Shown here one piece after another: positions 37,767-46,934 of a DNA stretch of 64,000 bases. Position numbers and translations under genes: made by a program. The stretch comes from Lewinellaceae bacterium. GTDB taxonomy: Bacteria > Bacteroidota > Bacteroidia > Chitinophagales > Saprospiraceae. The notes beneath the pieces were generated by a model. The model was not told the DNA's origin, made no database searches, and was given only the letters and a program-made list of their open reading frames with translations. The DNA lies in assembly GCA_963747415.1 (NCBI GenBank), contig CAVVFF010000007.1, forward strand, positions 582,207 to 646,206, written 5' to 3'. Numbering within the stretch: the stretch's first letter is position 1; the number at the start of each line of letters is the position of its first letter.

Positions 37767-39026
37767 CTACTTATCGACGAAGGTGATCGCTTCACCTCCT
37801 TTACCGGCGCGGCCCGTCCGACCGACGCGGTGGATGTAAGTATCGTAGTCAGTCGGGGCCTCGAAGTTGATGACGTGGGTGATGTCATCGATGTCCAGTC
37901 CCCGGGCGGCAACATCCGTTGCGCAGAGTGCCGTTAGTTTACCGGATTTGAAAGCATTGAGGGCTTTCTGGCGATAATTTTGACTTTTGTTTCCATGAAT
38001 TTCGTCCGCTGAAATACCAGCCTGATTGAGTTTCTTGGTCACCTTCTTCACGCGGTGCTTCGTTTCGGCAAAGACCAGAACGCGTTTCATTTCGGGCTGC
38101 TGCAGCATCTCGATCAACGCATCAAACTTATTGTCGGGCTCGACGTAGTGCACGGACTGGTTGATGTGTTCGGCGGAAGCTTCTCCGCTGCTGACCTTGA
38201 TGGTTTGGTAGTCCGTCAGGAAGTGGTCGATCAGTTTCTGCTGACTTTTATCCAGGGTAGCGGAGAAGAGCATGGTCTGGTCGCGCTCACCCATTTTGTC
38301 GGTGAGGAACATGACGTCTTTCTGAAAGCCCATATCGAGCATCCGATCGAATTCATCTAGAACGAGGACACTGGCTTCCTGCAGGTCGATCTTGCCCTGT
38401 TGGTAGAGGTCTTTGAGGCGTCCTGGTGTGGCTACTACCAAGTGGTAGCTCCGCTTTTTCAGGTTGACGATGTCGGTGTTGATGTTGCGGCCACCGATTA
38501 GGGTGATCGCATTGTACTTCATACCGAGCGTGAGGGCGCGGAATTCGTCCTCGATCTGCAAAGCGAGCTCCCGGGTGGGGGCAAGCACCAGGGTCTGGAA
38601 GGGCTCCTCACTCTCGAGCAGCGCGTCGATCAGGGGGATGAGAAAGGCACCCGTCTTGCCGGTACCGGTGGTGGCGATACCCATCACGTCCTTCATGGCG
38701 GCAACATCCTTAAAGGATTTCTCCTGGATCTCGGTGGGGTATACCCAACCGGCGGCCTTGATGGCGCTCTTTAGTTTAGCATTGATCGGCCAATCGGCAA
38801 ATTTAGTTTCCGCGTGGTACTCGACGGTTTTAAGGGGCACGCCTTCGTGAACCATCATATCGGCGGGCAGGGGAATGTAATTATGGTTGGAGCGGCCACC
38901 GCCACTGCCGCGGCGATCGCGGTTTCCGCCGCCACCGCCACCGGAGCGACGATTGCCGCCGGAGCGTTGTGATTTACTGGAGCTGCGGCCTTTGCCGGAG
39001 CGGGAAGAGGGACGTTTACTGTCCAT
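37767..39026 (-). CDS. DEAD-box RNA helicase
   Basis: PTEIQ, ATTGTGKT, PTRELA, TPGRL, DEFD, SAT, HRVGRTGRAG; Gly/Arg-rich N-tail. Confidence 0.95.
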   Translation of the reverse strand: MDSKRPSSRSGKGRSSSKSQRSGGNRRSGGGGGGNRDRRGSGGGRSNHNYIPLPADMMVHEGVPLKTVEYHAETKFADWPINAKLKSAIKAAGWVYPTEIQEKSFKDVAAMKDVMGIATTGTGKTGAFLIPLIDALLESEEPFQTLVLAPTRELALQIEDEFRALTLGMKYNAITLIGGRNINTDIVNLKKRSYHLVVATPGRLKDLYQQGKIDLQEASVLVLDEFDRMLDMGFQKDVMFLTDKMGERDQTMLFSATLDKSQQKLIDHFLTDYQTIKVSSGEASAEHINQSVHYVEPDNKFDALIEMLQQPEMKRVLVFAETKHRVKKVTKKLNQAGISADEIHGNKSQNYRQKALNAFKSGKLTALCATDVAARGLDIDDITHVINFEAPTDYDTYIHRVGRTGRAGKGGEAITFVDK

Positions 39027-39199
39027 ATATGAAATTGGAAATTATCAACCCTACGGGGTAGGGGAGCATCGCCAGGGCCGGCAAATGGGCCGGATGGCGG
39101 GTCGTAAGTGCTTCGGTCCGAATGGATATGATACCCGAGCAGTCGGGAATATCGGGCGAGGCGTGGATCGGTAGAAGCAAAGAGTCCCGGCTCGCGGCG

Positions 39200-39207
39200 C
39201 AAAGGTA
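39200..39207 (-). promoter_or_regulatory. -7 promoter box (TACCTTTG) for the DEAD-box helicase
   Basis: Exact TAnnTTTG about 173 nt upstream of the ATG. Confidence 0.55.
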
Positions 39208-39364
39208 CGAAAATATTTGCGATTTACAAGATCTAAATTTTAATTCAAAAGGAGGCAGTCTATTGTCCGATTACATCCTCCATCGGAAACCGGTGAATCG
39301 CCGGCGAAATACATCAAATTTGGTTTTCGTGCGTTTACAAGATCCACACGGGCCCTAAAACTTG

Positions 39365-39530
39365 GTTGACCCTACAATTTATTTAAATTGGGAAGTGACT
39401 TCGGCCTGTCTAGGGCGGGCCTCAACTCCTTCGACTTGTCAGGACTCCGAACCCGGTTCACGCCGGGGGAAGACAAGGGGATTACCGAACCAGGCCAGCT
39501 ATCCCAACCATGTTCTTAGCAGGAGTCAAA
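39365..39530 (+). ncRNA. ssrS: Probable 6S RNA (SsrS-like)
   Basis: About 165-nt rod: TTGAC/GTCAA, TTGGGA/TCCCAA, GGCCTG/CAGGCC, central unpaired bubble, CTTGTC/GACAAG, CCCGG/CCGGG; followed by a terminator; strand inferred. Confidence 0.6.
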
Positions 39531-39554
39531 CCACCTGGGGGCACGTGTGGAACT

Positions 39555-39598
39555 AAAAACGCCCGATCAAGCAAGCTGCTCGATCGGGCGTATTTTTT
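39555..39598. terminator. Bidirectional intrinsic terminator
   Basis: AAAAACGCCCGATC..GATCGGGCGTATTTTTT. Confidence 0.8.
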
Positions 39599-39621
39599 GT
39601 AGGTAAAGGCTAAGGGGAAGC

Positions 39622-40428
39622 TTATTCTTCCTCTACGATGCGGCCTCCCTGAAGGTTGGCCTGCATATCCTCGAGTTCTCCCCATTTCTGGGCGGCAGCG
39701 AGTTTCGCCTGATCGGGCCAGGTGGACGGATCGTGGGAGCCGTAGTTACCACCGGCTTCGGTGAGCTGTTCCTTCAGGAAATCTACCTCCGCGTCGGCGA
39801 GTCCCTGCCAGCTTTTGATGCCCGCAGCGCTGAGGATACCAGCTATGCCGGGTCCGATGCCTTCGATCACGGTCAGATCGTTGAGCTGGTACTTCTTACC
39901 GCTCGGGAGTACGACCTCCTCGGGGCGATCGCTGCCGGTCACTTCGGCGGTATTCAGCGCGCCGCCCTGATCAGCCTTAGCAACGGCCAGCTCGGCCTCG
40001 TCGGTGATGCCCGGTGCTACGGAAGGCATATCGGGAGCGTCATCCATGTGAACGGGCTCGTCGTTATTCTTCACGGCAGCCCGCGATTTGGCGGGCTGAC
40101 CGGCATTGGAGGCTTCACTCCGGCTGCCGGCACTGCTACCATTGCCGTTACCATTCGAAGCGGTGGCTACCGCTTCGGAAGGATCGATGCTGACGAACAT
40201 GCGGTTCAGACGACTCTTCTGAAAAGAGACGGTTCCGTCTACTCGGGCGTGGATCGTAAAATCCTTACCCATATAGACGTTCTCGCCGGGGTGGTACTTG
40301 GTACCCCGCTGGCGGATGATGATGTTGCCGGCTTTGGCAACCTGGCCACCGAAGAGCTTAACGCCGAGGCGTTTCGATTTGCTGTCGCGGCCGTTATCGG
40401 TACTACCTACACCTTTTTTGTGTGCCAT
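39622..40428 (-). CDS. rpmA: 50S ribosomal protein L27 with a long linker and C-terminal helix-hairpin-helix domain
   Basis: [37 protein letters not shown]; C-term [21 protein letters not shown]. Confidence 0.95.
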   Translation of the reverse strand: MAHKKGVGSTDNGRDSKSKRLGVKLFGGQVAKAGNIIIRQRGTKYHPGENVYMGKDFTIHARVDGTVSFQKSRLNRMFVSIDPSEAVATASNGNGNGSSAGSRSEASNAGQPAKSRAAVKNNDEPVHMDDAPDMPSVAPGITDEAELAVAKADQGGALNTAEVTGSDRPEEVVLPSGKKYQLNDLTVIEGIGPGIAGILSAAGIKSWQGLADAEVDFLKEQLTEAGGNYGSHDPSTWPDQAKLAAAQKWGELEDMQANLQGGRIVEEE

Positions 40429-40480
40429 GGTATATTAAATTTTGGCTCCCCCGAGAGGGAATTGATGAATGGGGCCGTGA

Positions 40481-40795
40481 CTAGCCCGCGATGGAGTCGA
40501 TTTTCAGTTTGGTGAATTGCTGACGATGGCCCTTCTTCAGTCGGTAGCCCTTACGGCGCTTCTTCTTGAAAACGATCACTTTGTCGCCCTTTACGAGCGG
40601 GTCAACAACGGTGGCTCCGATGGAGGCGCCACTGAGCATCGGCGTGCCCACGGTCACGTCGTCGCCGTTGGCGAGGAGGTGAACCGCATCAAAACTGACG
40701 GAGTCGCCAGCTTTGGCTTCTAGCCGGTGGACGAAGATCTCCTGACCTTCCTCTACTTTGAATTGCTGACCGGCTATGGTTACGATTGCAAACAT
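40481..40795 (-). CDS. rplU: 50S ribosomal protein L21
   Basis: MFAIVTIAGQQFKV..KVIVFKKKRRKGYRLKKGHRQQFT. Confidence 0.97.
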   Translation of the reverse strand: MFAIVTIAGQQFKVEEGQEIFVHRLEAKAGDSVSFDAVHLLANGDDVTVGTPMLSGASIGATVVDPLVKGDKVIVFKKKRRKGYRLKKGHRQQFTKLKIDSIAG

Positions 40796-40834
40796 CTGAT
40801 TGGGATGTTGGTGAAAAAAATTGATTTCGGGGCG

Positions 40835-40842
40835 CAAAGGTA
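40835..40842 (-). promoter_or_regulatory. -7 promoter box (TACCTTTG) of rplU-rpmA
   Basis: Exact TAnnTTTG match 40 nt upstream of rplU. Confidence 0.65.
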
Positions 40843-40879
40843 CGGAAAAGATTCTTCATTTACCAGCTATGGCATCGGT

Positions 40880-41959
40880 TCATTCTTGTAAACCGCGTAC
40901 AAAGCCGTAGTACGCCGGTTTTCTTTCCAAGCGCTCGTTGTAAAGCGTCGGCCAGTCCTTTAGGTTGAAAAAACCGTTGATCCAAGTATCCCGGTCGGTA
41001 AAACTCCAAAAAGTGATGCCGTATCGCTGCGCAGGTGGCACGTTCTTCCGGTAGAGACGAGCAATGGCAGCGTACTTTTCGGCCTGAGCTTCCAATAGTT
41101 CGGGCGTCATCTCCTGAACTATCTGTTCGCCACCTCCCTGGGTATCGTCGTGTTTGTTAAAAATAATATCGACCTCCGAGAGGTGGATCAGTAAGCCGGT
41201 GGCTGCGGCGCGGGCTAGTGAGCGGGCAATCAATTCCTCATCCGTATCCATACGGATGTGCATCTGAAAGCCGATGCCGTCGACAGGTACCCCTTCAGCC
41301 TGCATTTCCTCGACGAGCGCCAGCAGCCCATTCAACTTGGCGGTGTCCCGCTCCGTATTAAAATCATTGATAAAAAGCTTGGCCTCCGGATCGGCTGCCC
41401 GGGCGGCTCGAAAGGCCATTGGAATATATTCTTTGCCGATTTTCTCCAGCCAGGGTGTTTGACGCAGTTCGCCCCCGTGGGTGGCCATCGCCTCGTTTAC
41501 CACGTCCCAGCCATCCACCCGTCCCCGGTAGCGGGTGACCACGGTATCGATGTAAGCTTTGACGAAATCCTCGGCCGCCCGGGGCTCCAGGTCCTCGAGA
41601 TGCTTCGGAAAGCCGTAGTGCCACAGCAGCGTATGACCGAATACCCGCTTTCCGCGTTGCTCGGCAAAATCAACGAAGGCGTCCGGTAAGGAAAAATCCA
41701 GGCTTCCTTTTTCGCGGGCGATGGAATACATCTTCATATCATTCGTCGCGGTAAGGCTGTTGAACTCCTGGTCCACGATCCTTAGTAAGGCGGAATCTCT
41801 CCGGACTCGCTCCTCGTTGATCGCGCCACCGATCGGAAAGTCGGCAACTTCAGCGAGCCCGGCCGAGGGTGTCGTGGTGGTGGGGGAGGTATCGGTAGAC
41901 GGCGTCGAGCAAGCAACGATGAATAACAAAATGAGGAGTAGGGGAATAATCTTAGCCAT
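40880..41959 (-). CDS. GH10 endo-1,4-beta-xylanase lipoprotein
   Basis: Lipobox IVAC; GHTLLWH, WDVVNE (acid/base), DGIGFQMH, LSEVD (nucleophile). Confidence 0.92.
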   Translation of the reverse strand: MAKIIPLLLILLFIVACSTPSTDTSPTTTTPSAGLAEVADFPIGGAINEERVRRDSALLRIVDQEFNSLTATNDMKMYSIAREKGSLDFSLPDAFVDFAEQRGKRVFGHTLLWHYGFPKHLEDLEPRAAEDFVKAYIDTVVTRYRGRVDGWDVVNEAMATHGGELRQTPWLEKIGKEYIPMAFRAARAADPEAKLFINDFNTERDTAKLNGLLALVEEMQAEGVPVDGIGFQMHIRMDTDEELIARSLARAAATGLLIHLSEVDIIFNKHDDTQGGGEQIVQEMTPELLEAQAEKYAAIARLYRKNVPPAQRYGITFWSFTDRDTWINGFFNLKDWPTLYNERLERKPAYYGFVRGLQE

Positions 41960-42084
41960 CTTGCAAAGTATGGAAATCGGTTAAATCGGAGGAGGTTGCC
42001 GGCGATCGGTCGACGGCAGCCATATGGTAGTCGACCTTCCTTGCCTGCTTCAATCTTTCCTTCGATCTTAACGGCTCACAAACA

Positions 42085-42513
42085 ATGGAAGATATGCTCG
42101 ACGATATTCTGGAAGGCGCACGCAAGGCGATGAGTGGCCTGGCCAGCACGGTGGGAGAAGGAACCCGGGAAAAAACGAATAAATTGATCCAGGACTGGCT
42201 CGAGATCTTCCCAATCCTGGAAGGGTACGGACTCCGCATCACCAGTTTCTCCATGACACTCGCCATCAGTCCATCGCTGAATGTTGAGCTCGTAGGTGCC
42301 CATGAAAACTGGACGGAGGAGGCCATTAAAGAGCGGCTAAAGGCCCATAAGAGAGAAACCGCGCTGGTCACCGTTTTTACCGCGATCCGAACCGCCTACC
42401 GCTTGCAGAAACAGACAAAGGCTGAATTGCAGGATCCCCTGATCTTAAAGGTCATCGTTCGAATTACGCCGGAGGTGCGCGTTGTTCTCGGGCAGCCGGT
42501 ACTGGAGGATTAG
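42085..42513 (+). CDS. Hypothetical protein
   Basis: 142-aa ORF with plausible composition, divergent from the GH10 gene. Confidence 0.6.
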   Translation: MEDMLDDILEGARKAMSGLASTVGEGTREKTNKLIQDWLEIFPILEGYGLRITSFSMTLAISPSLNVELVGAHENWTEEAIKERLKAHKRETALVTVFTAIRTAYRLQKQTKAELQDPLILKVIVRITPEVRVVLGQPVLED

Positions 42514-43239
42514 GTTGCTGATCAAGCGATAGAGGTCTTTGTATTCCTGTCGCTCCAGCAAACTCAAATGCCTGTCCATAGTCGGTTGGTCGCCCCGTGC
42601 CGCCGCTCCGGTTTGCCGGTCAGCCGGTCTTGAGCCGTCTTGTGTTTGTGCCGTATTGATAATGATCGGCACAAGTAGTTCAAAGGGAATGCCCCTTGTG
42701 GAGCACAGGTCGTAAGCGACTTCATATAGGGCCGTAACGAAATTGTTGGAGAATACGGCCGCCAAATGTAATTGGGCGCGCTGCTCGTCGTCCAGCCAGT
42801 AGGTCGTCCCGCTAAGGGAATCGGCGAGATCCGTCAAAATCGCCTTCGCTTTCGGTCCATCAGCCTGTAGCACCAGGGGTAAATCACGCCAATGGCCTAC
42901 GGCGTCTCCTTTCCTGAGCGACCGGATCGGCCAGAGGACGCCGCGGTGTCGGAAATGGCCGGAAATAGTATTCAAAGGAGTCGCTCCGCTGGTATGAAAG
43001 ATGGGTACTTCGGACGAAATTGCAGGGCTCAGGTGCTCGCTGACCTCTTTAATCGATCGATCCGGTACGGCCAGAAAGAGTGCGTCCCAGGTGTAGCTCG
43101 ATACTTCGGAGATGGAGAGGATGGGACATGGCCAATTACCCTCCGGTGGATCAACCTGATAGAACACTACCGCCCGGTCAGGGATCACCCCGGCGAGGTG
43201 CCAGGAAAGATTTCCACTGCCGATGATACCAATTTTCAC
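42445..43239 (-). CDS. Rossmann-like + DUF2520 domain oxidoreductase-like protein
   Basis: IGIIGSGNLS, LAVPD, HTSGA, LHLAAVFSNNF, QTGAAARGD. Confidence 0.85.
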   Translation of the reverse strand: MKIGIIGSGNLSWHLAGVIPDRAVVFYQVDPPEGNWPCPILSISEVSSYTWDALFLAVPDRSIKEVSEHLSPAISSEVPIFHTSGATPLNTISGHFRHRGVLWPIRSLRKGDAVGHWRDLPLVLQADGPKAKAILTDLADSLSGTTYWLDDEQRAQLHLAAVFSNNFVTALYEVAYDLCSTRGIPFELLVPIIINTAQTQDGSRPADRQTGAAARGDQPTMDRHLSLLERQEYKDLYRLISNLILQYRLPENNAHLRRNSNDDL

Positions 43240-43262
43240 GCTTTGCTACTCGTCCTCTTTCT

Positions 43263-43916
43263 TCAGCGTAATTTCCGCAGGAATAGTTCCAGCTGTCGGG
43301 TATCCTTTATACCTGGTTCGGTTTCGAACTGGCTGTTGACGTCTATCCCGCGCAATTGTGGATGATCGAGCTTATTGATTGCCTCGCTATCCCCCGGACC
43401 AATTCCCCCGCTGAGTAAAAAGGGAACCGGACCGGTGTATTCCTTCAGTTTGTCCCAGTTCCACTGCTTACCCGTTCCACCGTGGGCACCTTGTCCTCCG
43501 GTATCGAAGATAAAAAGGCCGCAGCTGCCAACGTAGGGGTTGGTAGCATTGAAATCAAAATCGGGGGTGATTGAAAAAGCCTTGGCGATACTGGCTTTGC
43601 GGAGGGTATCCACGCTCCAAAGCAACTTCAATTCCCTGCAGTAACCGGGGCTCTCATCGCCGTGGAGTTGTACCCAATCCAATCGGAAATCGTGAACCGT
43701 GTTCAATACGTAGTCCATCTCTGCATTTACGAAGACCCCGAAAAGTTCCTGTTTTGCTAGGAGTTCGTCGTTAGCGGAGACCCATTCGCTCAGCGAAGGT
43801 TTTCCCGCGAAGCGTGGGGAGGACGGATAAAATACGAAGCCGAGGTAAGCGGGTGCCAATGCACTGACGGCCGTGATGTTATCTGGTTCCCGAAGGCCGC
43901 ATACTTTTACTTTCAT
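43263..43916 (-). CDS. trpF: Phosphoribosylanthranilate isomerase
   Basis: KVKVCGL, GFVFYPSSPR, VQLHGDE, GGTGKQWNW, LSGGIG, IDVNSQFE. Confidence 0.95.
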   Translation of the reverse strand: MKVKVCGLREPDNITAVSALAPAYLGFVFYPSSPRFAGKPSLSEWVSANDELLAKQELFGVFVNAEMDYVLNTVHDFRLDWVQLHGDESPGYCRELKLLWSVDTLRKASIAKAFSITPDFDFNATNPYVGSCGLFIFDTGGQGAHGGTGKQWNWDKLKEYTGPVPFLLSGGIGPGDSEAINKLDHPQLRGIDVNSQFETEPGIKDTRQLELFLRKLR

Positions 43917-44731
43917 GCAATAGCGTCCTTATAAATTTCCTTGATTTCATGAGCCTTCTTAATAAAGGAGGCCAGTGCTTGACCCGGGTCCGGCTGACGC
44001 ATAAAATGCGTTCCTACCAGGAAACCGCGGTAATGGGCGGTTTGGAGCTTCAGGATCGATTGCGGATCGTCGATCCCGCTTTCGCTGATCCGCAGCATGC
44101 CGGGGGGGAGCATTTCAGCCAATTCCAGGCTTCGGGAAATGTTGACGGAAAAATCGCCGAGATTGCGATTGTTAACGCCGATGATATCCACGCTCGGACT
44201 GATTTTCGCTACCTCTTCCTCGTCGTGGACCTCACAAATTACCTGGAGCCCGAGGTCGTTTGCCTCTTCGGCGAGTGCATCAATCTCCACTGGTGTAAGT
44301 ACGCTGGCGATCAGCAGGACCGCGTCGGCACCCATAGCTTTTGTTTCGTGGAGCTGGTAGGAATTAATGATGAAGTCCTTACGGAGGATGGGTACGTCCA
44401 CCGCGGCCCGCAGCTTATCGATATCGTCGGATTTGGCCCCGAAGAATTCGGTGTCGGTAAGGCAAGAGATAGCAGCCGCGCCGGCGGACACATAGCCCCG
44501 ACCAACTGCCGCGGGGTCGGCATCAGTGTTGATCTCGCTTTGGGAAGGTGATTTGCGCTTGAATTCGGCGATAATTCCAAAATCCGGACTGTTCTCAACC
44601 GCCCGACAGAAGTCGCGCCGCTTGGAATGGTAATGTGCCGTATCCCGGAGTGCCTCGATTGGAAGCTGGTTACGCCGCCGTTCGATCTCAAGCTTTTTAA
44701 ATTCAATAATTCGATGCAGAATGTTGCCCAT
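43913..44731 (-). CDS. trpC: Indole-3-glycerol phosphate synthase
   Basis: IAEFKRKSPS, LRKDFII, ADAVLLI, GVNNRNL, ISESGI. Confidence 0.96.
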   Translation of the reverse strand: MGNILHRIIEFKKLEIERRRNQLPIEALRDTAHYHSKRRDFCRAVENSPDFGIIAEFKRKSPSQSEINTDADPAAVGRGYVSAGAAAISCLTDTEFFGAKSDDIDKLRAAVDVPILRKDFIINSYQLHETKAMGADAVLLIASVLTPVEIDALAEEANDLGLQVICEVHDEEEVAKISPSVDIIGVNNRNLGDFSVNISRSLELAEMLPPGMLRISESGIDDPQSILKLQTAHYRGFLVGTHFMRQPDPGQALASFIKKAHEIKEIYKDAIA

Positions 44732-44786
44732 GGGTACAAACTTTGTGGTCACCAAGATAAGGCGTCGGCCCGGGTCAGGGTTTGCT

Positions 44787-45776
44787 TTACCCCAAGAGTT
44801 TATTCAGTACGGCATAAGCGCGACCACTGATGATGCTTTCGCGCGCTTCCGCTACACAATCCTTCAGGTCTCGTTCCGGGTGGATCACCCGGATGGCGAG
44901 TGCGGCATTGGCACATACCACGGAAGTTTGCGCGGTGGTGCCCTCACCCTTCAGGACACCAAGAAAAATGGCCTTCCCTTCTTCCGCGGTTTCTCCGCCG
45001 TAAAGGGATTCCGGTAGGAGTTGGGGTAAATCAAAGTCGGTTGGGTAGAGAATGGCCTGGATCCTGCGCCCCCGCGCACTAACACCCTGCGTGAGGCTTA
45101 CCTCATCGTAGCCGTCCATCGCGTGCACGATCAGGTAGTCCCGGTCATTTTCACCCTGCAGGATGTAATCGTAAATTCGGCTTACCTCCCGGTCGTAGGT
45201 GCCAAATAGCTGATACCTTGGCCGGGCGGGATTGATGAGCGGCCCGAGAAGGTTGAAAAAAGTACGGACACGCAGCGCCTTTCGAACCGGCACGACGTTT
45301 TTCATGGCGGGGTGAAAGAGTGGGGCATGCAAGAAACAGATACCTGCCCGGTCCAGGTCCCTTAGCAACTTACTTCGGTCATTCGAGAATTCATATCCGA
45401 GGGCCTGCAGGACATCACTACTTCCGACATTGCTGCTTACACCGTAACTCCCGTGCTTAGTGACCGGGTACCCGGCACCGGCCACGACCACGCAGGATAG
45501 CGTGCTGATGTTGAAGGTATTCTTTCCGTCGCCTCCCGTGCCTACAATGTCGATGGTCGGGCGTCCCTCCAGCGGTACGGGCACGGCTAGTTCCAGCATC
45601 GCATCCCGGAACCCCTGAATTTCGGAGAGGTGCGGGGGCCGCATATTAATGGCCGATACTACGGCCGCGATCTCGGGTTCGGCCGCCTCGCCGTTGGCTA
45701 TTCGTTTTAGGGTAAGGTAGGCGGTGTGTCGATCCAGGGGTTTTCTCCCGTAGAGCTGAGTTAACAGATTTTTCAT
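44787..45776 (-). CDS. trpD: Anthranilate phosphoribosyltransferase
   Basis: DIVGTGGDGKNTFNIST, KHGSYGVSS, FNLLGPLINP, GYDEVS. Confidence 0.96.
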   Translation of the reverse strand: MKNLLTQLYGRKPLDRHTAYLTLKRIANGEAAEPEIAAVVSAINMRPPHLSEIQGFRDAMLELAVPVPLEGRPTIDIVGTGGDGKNTFNISTLSCVVVAGAGYPVTKHGSYGVSSNVGSSDVLQALGYEFSNDRSKLLRDLDRAGICFLHAPLFHPAMKNVVPVRKALRVRTFFNLLGPLINPARPRYQLFGTYDREVSRIYDYILQGENDRDYLIVHAMDGYDEVSLTQGVSARGRRIQAILYPTDFDLPQLLPESLYGGETAEEGKAIFLGVLKGEGTTAQTSVVCANAALAIRVIHPERDLKDCVAEARESIISGRAYAVLNKLLG

Positions 45777-45799
45777 GAAGGCAAACTAGCGCGAATTCC

Positions 45800-46669
45800 T
45801 CAAAACCGGAATCCGACACTGGCCTGGATCACCCGGTTGTAGTCTTCATCGTCGGTATTGTATTCCCTTTCGGAATTGCCATCCGTGCGTGTAAGGCGCT
45901 GATCGTTTTCTCCCCGGGTCGCATCCGTAAGTCCGTATTGGTACCGGAGGCCTAAGTAAAGGCCGTTATTCAGAAAAACGGAGGCCCCTCCAACCAGACC
46001 AAAGTCGAGTCGCCGGTAGAGTGGGGTATTGTCCGTACTATTATAGTAAGCATCTATGACCGCGGGGTAGCCCTGGCGGCTTCCGTTGGGTTCGATGATG
46101 GCAGGGAAGCCGATTTCGTCGCTGAAATAATTGTAGTCGTAGTTCACCGTGATGCCATCGATCGCACGTCCGTCGGGAAGTATGGCGTTGGTGAAAGTAG
46201 CTGATCCCGAGGCTCTGCTATTTACCAGCAAGCCACCACTGGCTCCTCCTTCGATTTCCACGGGTCCGATGCGATAGTAGGCGACCACCGGGATATCAAT
46301 GTAGCTGTTTAGCACGTCGCGCTCGCTGTCCAGGTCGCCTAGGATCCGTAATCCGTCCGTGTCGGTAGCATCATTATAGAGGTAGAAATAGGAGGGGCCC
46401 TGGTAGCGTACCTCGCCACCTTTCTGGCTGTACATCAGGTCGGCCTTGATCCCCACTAAATCGGTGAATGCGAGGGCGAAAGTGGCTCCTACGTGGAAGC
46501 CGGTAGTCCGTCGGAATTCTTCAAGGGTCATATCTCCGCTCATTTCCTGGTCGGCATCGAACGTGATGAAGTTCAGGCCGGCGCGGAAGCCACCGCTGAA
46601 GGTTTGGGCGTGCAGCAAAAGGGTGGTTAGCGAGAACGACAGGACTAGGAATAGACGAAAAGGACGCAT
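45800..46669 (-). CDS. Outer-membrane beta-barrel (porin family) protein
   Basis: Signal peptide; LMYSQKGG, YIDIPV, RYQYGL, terminal VGFRF. Confidence 0.8.
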   Translation of the reverse strand: MRPFRLFLVLSFSLTTLLLHAQTFSGGFRAGLNFITFDADQEMSGDMTLEEFRRTTGFHVGATFALAFTDLVGIKADLMYSQKGGEVRYQGPSYFYLYNDATDTDGLRILGDLDSERDVLNSYIDIPVVAYYRIGPVEIEGGASGGLLVNSRASGSATFTNAILPDGRAIDGITVNYDYNYFSDEIGFPAIIEPNGSRQGYPAVIDAYYNSTDNTPLYRRLDFGLVGGASVFLNNGLYLGLRYQYGLTDATRGENDQRLTRTDGNSEREYNTDDEDYNRVIQASVGFRF

Positions 46670-46815
46670 AGCTCAAGTTTAGGCCGCAAAGATGCTACAA
46701 ATTTGCTGTAGCGGGCGTCGGGCACTGGAGCAAAGACGCGACCATTCCCGCGAAGGTTGGCCGCAATACATTTTACATTACAGGTAAATTGTTGTCATTG
46801 CAAACGTTCTTTAAT

Positions 46816-46823
46816 TACCTTTG
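46816..46823 (+). promoter_or_regulatory. -7 promoter box (TACCTTTG) for susC
   Basis: Exact TAnnTTTG about 110 nt upstream of the ATG. Confidence 0.6.
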
Positions 46824-46934
46824 GTCGAAATTCTTAAGGGGGGACTTACTCCTTTAGTCGATACACGTGACTCAAGGCAAGACAGCTGTTTTGCTTTGAA
46901 TTATTGACAACTTTAATCAACTAAATATTTCCAA

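Noticed and set aside
39365-39530. SRP RNA, tRNA or riboswitch
   Set aside because: Lacks the SRP GGAA/AGCAG loop, a cloverleaf, and TPP/B12/SAM motifs; a rod with a central bubble fits 6S better
42445-42513. 69-nt convergent 3' overlap as a regulatory antisense device
   Set aside because: Explained by a short non-conserved C-terminal extension; no further support
43263-45800. trp attenuator/leader peptide
   Set aside because: A promoter-like box lies a few nt before the trpD ATG, and there is no Trp-rich leader ORF
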